Assembly: GCA_025786725.1 (NCBI GenBank)
Contig: JAHLTZ010000054.1
Span: forward strand, 36,839 to 100,838
Source: Syncephalis fuscata S228
Taxonomy: Eukaryota; Fungi; Zoopagomycota
DNA length: 64,000 bases
Direction: 5' to 3'
Shown here: positions 55,308 through 64,000 of the stretch, piece after piece
Layout: each line of letters starts with the position of its first letter
Position numbering within the stretch: position 1 is the first letter of the stretch
Position numbers and translations under genes: made by a program
The notes under the pieces: generated by a model
Told to the model about the DNA's origin: nothing
Databases searched by the model: none
Seen by the model: only the letters and a program-made list of their open reading frames with translations

Positions 55308-55309
55308 TA

Positions 55310-55647
55310 TGTAACCGTAGATACAGCGAACTGTTGCGGTTACTACGAGTCACAATACAATAATGTATATAAAATAAAAATGAATATTGAAAGTGAACTA
55401 ATGTCTTTATTTGTGGTCATAATCATACGCGTATTTATATTGTTCTATTGGATATATGGAATATCTAAGTAGAACAATAAAAGAAAATAAAATAAAAATA
55501 AAAGAAAATAAAAGATAAAGATAAAACAATACGCGGTGGCGGAGTGTTAACTTCATCGTGGACCATGTGTGATGATCGGTGTGTTTAAACACCGATCATA
55601 ATGTCTAAAAATGGTAATAATAAATGAGAGGGAGAATTTTTGTTACA
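55310..55647 (-). repeat. 5' LTR of element 1 (chimeric)
   Basis: First ~95 nt almost identical to 50470-50565, remainder only loosely similar. Confidence 0.9.
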
Positions 55648-58600
55648 AACAACGTAATTCAGGGAAACGACAACCGTCAGTAATTAAGTGCGGCACACTT
55701 ACTGACGGCCAGGTTGCCGCTAATACTCCGATACCACCCGGATTTGAGCAGTCTACACTCATTCAAGGTCGCGCTAGCTCCGGTTTAATTACAGTAGCAC
55801 CCAAAATCAATGGTGTTCCAGCCCATGTATTAATCGATTCTGGTGCATCCACCAACTTTATGGATATTGAATTTGCCAAGAGGGCTCAAGTACATGTTAC
55901 GAAACAAGCAAATTCAGCCAATGTAAAGTTGGGAAATGGTATGGAGTGCGGTGTATCTGGTACTGCTAATAAAGTGCCTATTATTTTCAATTATCTGAAA
56001 GAACAAATTGATTTTACTATTATGAAATTGGGCAACTATAATGCAGTGCTGGGTATGCCATGGCTAAGAAAACATGAAGCGCAAGTAGATTGGAAGACCG
56101 GTGTTATTAATTCTAATTGTAATTCAGCACCCAAAAGTACATTAGAAATTACCGACAAAATTCAGCCTTCATTCATGTCAATAGAAGAAGTCGAGCAAAC
56201 AGAAGCCAATGATATGATTTTATTAGCGATGATAAAAGAAAACAAAGAAAAAAATGATACATCGTTAAATGGCCGTTACGCGCGATTGTTGGGTGAATTT
56301 GCCGATGTTGGACCAGAAGAATTACCACCTGGTTTACCACCAAAAAGAGACATTGATATACGTATCAATTTGGTGCCACATCAGCAGCCACCATTTCGGC
56401 CTACATACCATCTGGCAAAGAAAGAGTTAGACGAGTTGAAGAAACAGATCGATGATTTGTTAGAAAAAGGCTTTATTAGGCCTAGTACATCACCATTTGG
56501 TGCACCTGTACTATTTGTGCGGAAGAAAGGAGGTGATTTACGTATGTGTGTGGATTACAGAATGTTAAACGCACAAACAATTCGTGATCGTTATGCGTTG
56601 CCACTGATCGATGAATTATTCGATCAGTTACATGGGGCGAAAGTATTCTCAAAAATAGATTTGAGAAGTGGATATCATCAAATAAGAGTAAATGAGGATG
56701 ATATTCACAAAACAGCGTTTAGAACGCGCTATGGGCATTATGAGTGGACGGTGATGGGATTTGGATTGACTAATGCACCGTCAGTATTTATGCGATTAAT
56801 GCATAATGTATTTCATAAATTACTAGACAAGTGTGTAGTGGTATTTTTGGATGATATTTTAATATTTAGTAAAAATCATACCGAACATGAGTGGCACTTA
56901 CGGCAAGTGTTACAATTACTAAGAGAAAACAAATTATATGCCAAATTAAGCAAATGTGAATTTGGTAAAGATGAGGTGGAATTTTTGGGACATATTGTTA
57001 GTGGCGAGGGTATAAGACCACTACACGATAAAGTAATGGCTATTGCAAATTGGCCTATACCAAACAATCTGAAAGAACTGCGCTCTTTCCTCGGATTAAC
57101 TGGCTATTATAGACGGTTTATTCGTGGATATGCTGATACTGCACGGCATTTAAGTCAATTGACTAAGAATGATGAGCCATTCACATGGGGAGATAATCAA
57201 AATACAGCATTTGACACACTACGTAATGCGATAGTTACAGCACCGGTATTGGCTATACCAAATGTTAATGCACCATTTATCGTTACTACAGATGCATCTG
57301 ATTATGCAATTGGTGCAGTATTATCACAAATAACCGATAATAATGAACATCCTGTTGCATTTATGTCACGTATATTACAGGCAGCCGAAAAGAATTATGC
57401 TACATACGATAAAGAAATGTTAGCTATTCTAGAAGCTACTAAGTTATGGCGCCCATATCTTAGTTATGGCCATTTCGTAATATATACTGACCATGCACCG
57501 CTTACGCGCCTGTTTAAGCAAAAGGAAATGTCATCACGCCAAACGCGTTGGATTGAGCAGTTGCATCAATATGATTTTGATATCATATATAAGCCAGGCC
57601 GTGCTAATGTTGTAGCCGATGCATTATCACGACGTACATCGCCTAGTTATAACGCTATAAATGCTACAAATCTCTCTTTATTCCAACAGCGTGTTTTAGC
57701 TGGTTACGATCATGATGAACACTTTACAGGTGTAAAGAATGTTCTTATGGGAGGAAGGGCTGCAGGCAATGCTGCGGCAGTTAAAATTTCGCGACATTTT
57801 CGGCTTGATGATCATGGATTAATGTACGAGTTAAAAGACATTGAACCACGATTATGCATACCAAATTACGATAATCTATATTTGGATATACTTAATGATC
57901 ATCACGATGCAGCTGCTCACTTCGGCGAAGAAAAGACTATTGCAGCCATTAAGCGTAAATATTATTGGCCTGGATTGTCCAACATGACAAAGCGTTATAT
58001 TAGGTCATGTGAAGTGTGCCAACGCACTAAACACTCCCAGCAGTTACCTGGTGGACTATTACAACCACTTCAAATTCCGGAAGGACGTTGGCGCGATATT
58101 GCAATGGATTTTATAGTGCAATTGCCACGTACTAGTAGTGGTTATGATGCTATTTTTGTTGTAATCGACCGCTTTACTAAGCGCGCTCACTTCGTACCGA
58201 TGAAGACGACAGCTACGGCTGTTGACGTTGCACAATTGTTCATGCAGAACATTGTACGTCTTCATGGCATGCCCCGCTCTATTGTATGCGACCGTGACGC
58301 CAAGTTTACCAGTAAATTTTGGCAAGAACTACATAAAATACTTAACGTACGTATATTTATGTCAACAGCATTTCATCCCGAAACAGATGGCCAAACAGAA
58401 CGCGTAAACCGCACGCTAGAACAATTATTACGTACATGCGTTAACTATCAGCAAAATGACTGGGATCAACATTTAGCATTAGTTGAATTTGCGTACAATA
58501 ATGCTAAGCAGTCATCAACTGGTAAATCGCCATTCTATACTGATTTGGGTAGCCACCCTACATGCCAGACGATTTAGTACGACAACACAACTTCGGCAAC

Positions 58601-59367
58601 AAAACTAACGTGCAAAGTACTGCTGCATTCCTGCAAAAGATGAATGACATTTATTTAGAAACACGCGAAGCGTTAAAGAAAGCACAAGAACGACAAAAAC
58701 AATATGCAGATCAGAAACGAAGAGAAGTAGAATTTAAAGTTGACGATATGGTGCTGTTATCAACAAAGAATTTGACACCAGAAGCGGAACGTGAACGACC
58801 AAAACGTAAATTGGCTCATCAATTTACGGGACCATTTAAGGTCATTCAACGGGTATCGACTGTAGCGTACAAACTACAATTAGCACCTAACATGAAAATG
58901 CACAATGTGTTCCATGTTAGTCTGCTAAAGAAGTACGAAGAAAACCCGCCAGAGTTTATAGATCGTTACCCGCCACCGCCACCACCGGAAATAATAGATG
59001 GCAACGAAGAATACGAAGTAGAAAGCATATTAGCTAAACGGGTCAAACGCAACAAAATAGAATATCTCGTTAAATGGAAAGGCTATGCGGAACATGATGC
59101 AACCTGGCAATCGTTACGTGACTTAGACAACGCATCAATACTAGTACAAGAGTATGAAAAGCAACACCAGAGTCGGCGTTAATCCAAGGGGGATGATGTA
59201 ACGATATTATATTCGTTACGGGAAATAATTGTATAATTTAAATATTATGCAATTATTTTCCCACAACACCTTAAATTAAAGCTCCGCAAAGCTTATAAAT
59301 AACACACAATTTCTGTTTAATAAAAGATAATCTTTATTCCATTATATCCTATTTTACGGTTGTTACA
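55648..59367 (+). mobile_element. Ty3/gypsy chromovirus (element 2), 5'-truncated: pol plus 3' LTR
   Basis: LIDSGAS protease, FLDD RT, RNase H, HHCC/DDE integrase, chromodomain (EYEVESIL...YLVKWKGY); frameshift near 58560; PPT aagggggatga 59186-59196; LTR 59197-59367. Confidence 0.95.
59197..59367 (+). repeat. 171-bp 3' LTR of element 2
   Basis: TGTAAC...GTTACA termini, follows PPT, interrupts the element 3 integrase. Confidence 0.85.
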
Positions 59368-62300
59368 CCGTCCTTAGCAGCTACATGACGTATCAACAGC
59401 CCATAAAGTTCACCACGATCTGCTACTACTTCACTAGGTATACCAAACCGACATATAACATCTTCATATAAAAATTTGTATGCTTCTACCGCGTTATTTT
59501 TACACAGCGCTCTTGCTTCTACCCATCCACTGAAGTCGTCCCTGGCCACTGCTAAATATATCTCACCCGTCGTGGCTTCTGGAAGTCTAACTAAATCGAA
59601 TCCAATGCGTTTGAACAATGTAGAACCAATAAACGGTTTTAGCTCTTCTACTTGTCCTTTCCTTTGCGTACGCTGACATATGTCACATCTTTTCACCACC
59701 TCTTTGCAAGTGTTGTACATCCCGTACCAATAAAATCGATCACTGCACAACCTATATGTTGCTTCTACTCCTCTATGGGCAAATGGATGTCCATCGTGCA
59801 CCATCGTTGTCACACGCAATTGTTCTTCTTCTTCACCTATGACTCGCTTAGGCATTCCTGTCTTCGCTCGCCGAAATAATAATCCATCGCTAATAAAAAA
59901 CTTCTTCAACTGAGTTCTAATCCTCTTCTTGTCGCTATCATTACAGTCGTTATGCATGCAACCATGCTCGAGAAAATACAATAAATAATAATAGGGCGAC
60001 CTAGCTGTCATTTCATCGGTATTAACTTGTTTGACACTAGTCACTCCAAATAATTCATCACCGCTGACGTCCTCGATGCGATAGTTCCATAACACCTTGT
60101 CATCTTCATCATCTTCATCTGTCAACATTTCTTGGCCCATGTCCACACGACTAAGCGCATCAGCTACTACATTCTTATCACCCGGAATATGACGTATTTC
60201 ATAATCAAATAACGAAAGGTAAGCTACCCATCGACTTGCTGCATCATTAGGTAAATCAGGCTTTCTCAGCATACCGATGACAGGTCTAGCGTCTGTCTCA
60301 ATGATAAATTTCACACCATGCACATATTTCCTCATTTTCTTCACCATCTGATATAAACCGAATAATTCTCGTTTGACTTGTGCATATTGTCTCTGCGCAC
60401 TGTTAAATAAACAACTGTCATACCGCACAGCATACTTCACTCCTTCTTCATCGCATTGTCCCAACACAGCGCCAGCACCAACAGGACTAGCATCTACTGT
60501 TAAGATAAGTGGCCGAGTTTCGTCATCATACACCGGCGGTCGTATGACTGGTCTTTCACTAATACTTCGTTTTAGCGCATCGAATGCTCTTTGTTGTTCA
60601 TCTTTCCAGTGAAATACTACTTTCTTCTTCTGTAGATAATACAATGGCTCGGCGATCGTAGAGAAGTGAGGAATAAGCACTCGGTAGAATGCACAACAGG
60701 CCACAAATGCTCGTACTTGCTTCTTATCGACTGGTGTTGGCCATTGCGTAATCTTAAACCGTCTTATCCGGAGTTACAGTTCTTCCTAGTTGGGTACACT
60801 GGTAACCTAACACTTCCACCTCATCCATACCAAATCTGCATTTCTTTCCACTGACTGTTATTCCCGCCTTACTCAAAGCCTTTAACACTTTTACTACGTC
60901 AGCTACATGATCAAACACAAACGCCCTCACTCCTGGCAATACAATACTTTCATTCTTCTCCACCGATCCTTTAACTATCCCGTCGTCCACGAATATGCCT
61001 ACTGTATGCGGCATATACTCACTCAGTATCTTATTTACGATCCGCTGAAACACTCCGACACTATTACACCAACCCATAGGTAACCGTGTCATCCTCACCA
61101 ATCCAATAGGTGTCATCAATGAGAATATATCACGATCACGATTGTCGACAGGGATTTGATCGTAACCGGAATATAGATCAAACGTAGATATAATAGATCT
61201 ACCTGATACGTCTTCGGTAAGTTCTTCTGACAGCGGCGGTGCATTGGCATTCTTGATACTAACAGAATTGGCTTGTTGTAGATCTTGTATGAATCGCAAC
61301 TTAGATCCATCTTTCTTAGCAATCACAAACCATCGATTACTATAAGCACCAGTACTTGGCTCAATAATTCCGCTATTCATCTTTTCCCGCAATAACTCTA
61401 CTACTCTACTGAATGTTGCTCTTGGTACCGGTATCGAAGCTTGCGTCCATGGCACATGCGGTACAGTTGGTATTCTTACAGGTGGTTCTATTTCCGCCTT
61501 AAGCTTACCCATCTCTCCGTCGTTGAATGCAAAAACTTCGTCTATAGAGCGTAATTGCTCAATGAAGTACGCGGTCTCTTCTTCTGTTAACTGACCGTTT
61601 CCAATAACCATGTCTGCTATACGCTCATCAGTCAATCTTGACTCGCTGCTCTCAATTCGTTCTTCGTCTTCAGCTTCTTCTCCGTTTGGTACTGCCACGG
61701 CAATTGGTAATTTCTTCTTTCCGACCGGCTTGTATTTAGCGGCATACACGGACGCAGTATTACCTGTTGTTACTGATTCACGCATGGTAATCGTACCTAT
61801 CACTATTTCGTCCTCACTCTCTTTTTCTCGCAGCACCGTAACACTATTCACATTCTTACGTTGGTCTTGCTGGCCTCTACCACTGGCTGATACCATTGTA
61901 GGAGCCGCAGGGAACTTAGCCGCGCTTCGGCCATCAGTTATGTGTACCCACGCTCTTCCGTCTTCTCGTTTGACCTCCCATAACGCTTCTTCTAACCAAG
62001 GCATTCCAACCAACGCGTCGAACGGTGCTCCATCTACAACTATTAGATGTGCGTTTATCGTTACTCCTCCAATGGTCACTGGTACGTTGATACACATGCC
62101 TCTAGACTTAGACGCTGTACCAGAAGCATTACCCATCGACCATGCTCGCGCCGCATCCAATGGTAGATACCAATCTGGTCATATAACTTGCCAGATATTA
62201 CACTTATTTCAGCACCAGGATCGATTTGGATTTCTACCGGCTCTCCTGCCACTCGTCCCGTCACTTTGCAGTTGGCCTAGCTACTATAGTGCCGTCTATC

Positions 62301-63752
62301 GTTGACAATCCGTCTACATACACCACGGCTTGTTGTACCATAGTATCGATGGACCTTCTTACGACTGACCAACTCAGCCATCTTCTTTCTGGCAACAGAC
62401 GATGTTGACAGGTAATCTTGTAGCGGCATCGTCACCTGCGCGCTACGTAGCAGCTTATCGACAGTGCCATCCACATCGGCTCCTTCCTCGATGACAGATC
62501 GGTATTGATGCGTGGCTGGTGGCCGCGCCTGCCTTTCCGTCATACTACCAGCTTCACGGGTTTCTACTGGCACCGCTTCCGACGCTTGACGAGTGCCTAC
62601 ACGTGCCCGTTTCATATTGACTTCGGCTATATGTTCTACATCCTCTACTACGATTTCTGGCTCTATAGTCGTTAACTGAACATCGCTTTCCCAAGTAAGG
62701 TCGTACTTGATCGGTTGCTCGGCAGTGATCATCCGTACGTTAGCCGTATCGACCAGTAATTTGCGCATACCGCCTCGACCAGTATTCAACGGAACAAGCG
62801 AACCATTAGGGTATGTGACTTTACCAGCGTCCAATGTAACCAATTTGTTTCGTAAATCATCAGTCAATAGTCCGCATTGACTTTTAACATGATCTGGCGA
62901 ATCGCAATACAAGCACAGCAAATTCCTTCTGTCTCGCCCGTCCATTCGTCCTCTGTTGTCTTGCTGTTTTCACTAACAACACCAGTTGTCGGAACTGTTC
63001 TGATAATCGTCTACCTTTCGTTCTATGGTGATATGATCTTGATTCTTCTTTCCAGATTCATCTGCTTTCTTGTTAATCCTCTCTTTGACTTTCTTCTCCT
63101 TCTTGATGATGACGGCTTCTTCATCTGATTCGTTCTCATCCTATCAATGTCGCTGTCTCTATCCGAATCTGTTATACCAAGGGCGATGTGCAACGCCTTG
63201 TCGTCTTCACATACGTTCACCAGCGCGTCGCATAGTTGTTGATATGTATAGTTGTCTCGCGGCATCTTGGTAAACACATTCTTAGATGAGTCTTATCGAT
63301 AATCTTGCACAATCTTCGGATTTTTTCACGCTCTGGCATGTCAATTACACATTTGCACAATAGATTATATTGATTTAGGAATGATACGGGCTGCGCATAA
63401 TTGAAACCGCTTTTAAGCAGCGCGGATACTCGCTCTTCCGTGACTTCTTAGTGGGCTTCCTACCATACGCCATCAACAGTTCTTTCTTCAACGCTTGCCA
63501 ATCTCCACTCATTCCTTCTGGACTTGACGTTACGATGTGCGCAACATCTCTCTGGTGTAGTTGTAGACACCGGATGGTTTCTTCATCTGTCCATCCATAT
63601 ATCTCGCGTATTTATCATATTGATAGAAATTCCTCGATACATCCTCCATTATAACGCTTGGGCGGCTTCACGGGGTAGGCGTGCATCTAGAGCCCCCCGC
63701 ATTGGGCTCCAGTTGTGTAGTTGTTCGTCTCACGATTTATTGGGAGGCTCAT
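59368..63752 (-). mobile_element. Ty3/gypsy retrotransposon of a different lineage (element 3), frameshifted, integrase interrupted
   Basis: gag from ~63752 with knuckle CLYCDSPDHVKSQC, protease IDPGAE, RT FDLYSGYDQ...RLPMGWCNS...FVDD, RNase H VDAS, integrase H-H-C-C and D..D truncated at 59368. Confidence 0.9.
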
Positions 63753-64000
63753 CCCTGAAAGGATTTAAGTGTACGCTAAAGTGAGAACTAAGATAGTAAT
63801 TAACACGACACTCAACTCTGAGATGTATACGATCACACGAATAGACTCGACAAGTACTCGACTTGCTTAAATAAACGACTAAATATAACTTAAACGTGAA
63901 CTGCTCCTTGTTCTTTTTTATTTAATTATACGCGCACTATTCATCTTATTTATATTAAAAGCGCGCCATGCTTAGGGGCAAAGCCGAGCTATGTGTTCAT

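Larger units (their letters stand above)
50470..55647 (-). mobile_element. Ty3/gypsy chromovirus LTR retrotransposon (element 1), defective
   Basis: LTRs 50470-50786 and 55310-55647 (TGTAAC...GTTACA); gag 55267-54095 with CCHC knuckle CFRCRQYGHIMRFC in a shifted frame; protease LIDSGA; RT YLDD; integrase with GPY/F and chromodomain (50802-52184). Confidence 0.95.

Noticed and set aside
55611-55647. ATG start of the 988-aa pol ORF
   Set aside because: The first residues come from the element 1 LTR; the start is an artefact of the junction

Overview
Intron-rich, AT-rich eukaryotic DNA. The gene content, GT-AG introns of 55-100 nt with CTAAC-like branch points, and Ty3/gypsy chromoviruses point to a fungus, probably an early-diverging lineage (inference). 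Positions 1-48.2 kb hold about 18 genes: a glomulin/YBP1-like gene, a MAP2K, TDG/MUG, RPC5, ADCK1, NCE101, a TLC-domain gene, a Cys-rich surface protein, uL10m, STM1, an MPN-domain gene, a secreted protein, RPT4, RPL11, a sugar porter and DUF726. Positions 50.5-64 kb are a three-deep nest of Ty3/gypsy LTR retrotransposons abutting a truncated kinase gene. The standout is 36.2-40.2 kb, which looks empty in the ORF track. It is a secreted-peptide gene whose mature region is written as at least 43 separate 3-nt micro-exons (AG|NNN|GT every ~81 nt), i.e. one intron per codon. Joined in phase 1 they spell a stop-free Cys/Trp-rich peptide, DDAKKTDAPKKKEYKCWFWGHCFCPDCPDGYQTFDINKNDIWDPRGTK..., behind a signal peptide and an RR processing site. 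Recurrent single-base losses in homopolymers suggest consensus errors in this assembly, so frameshifts should not be read as pseudogenisation without reads.
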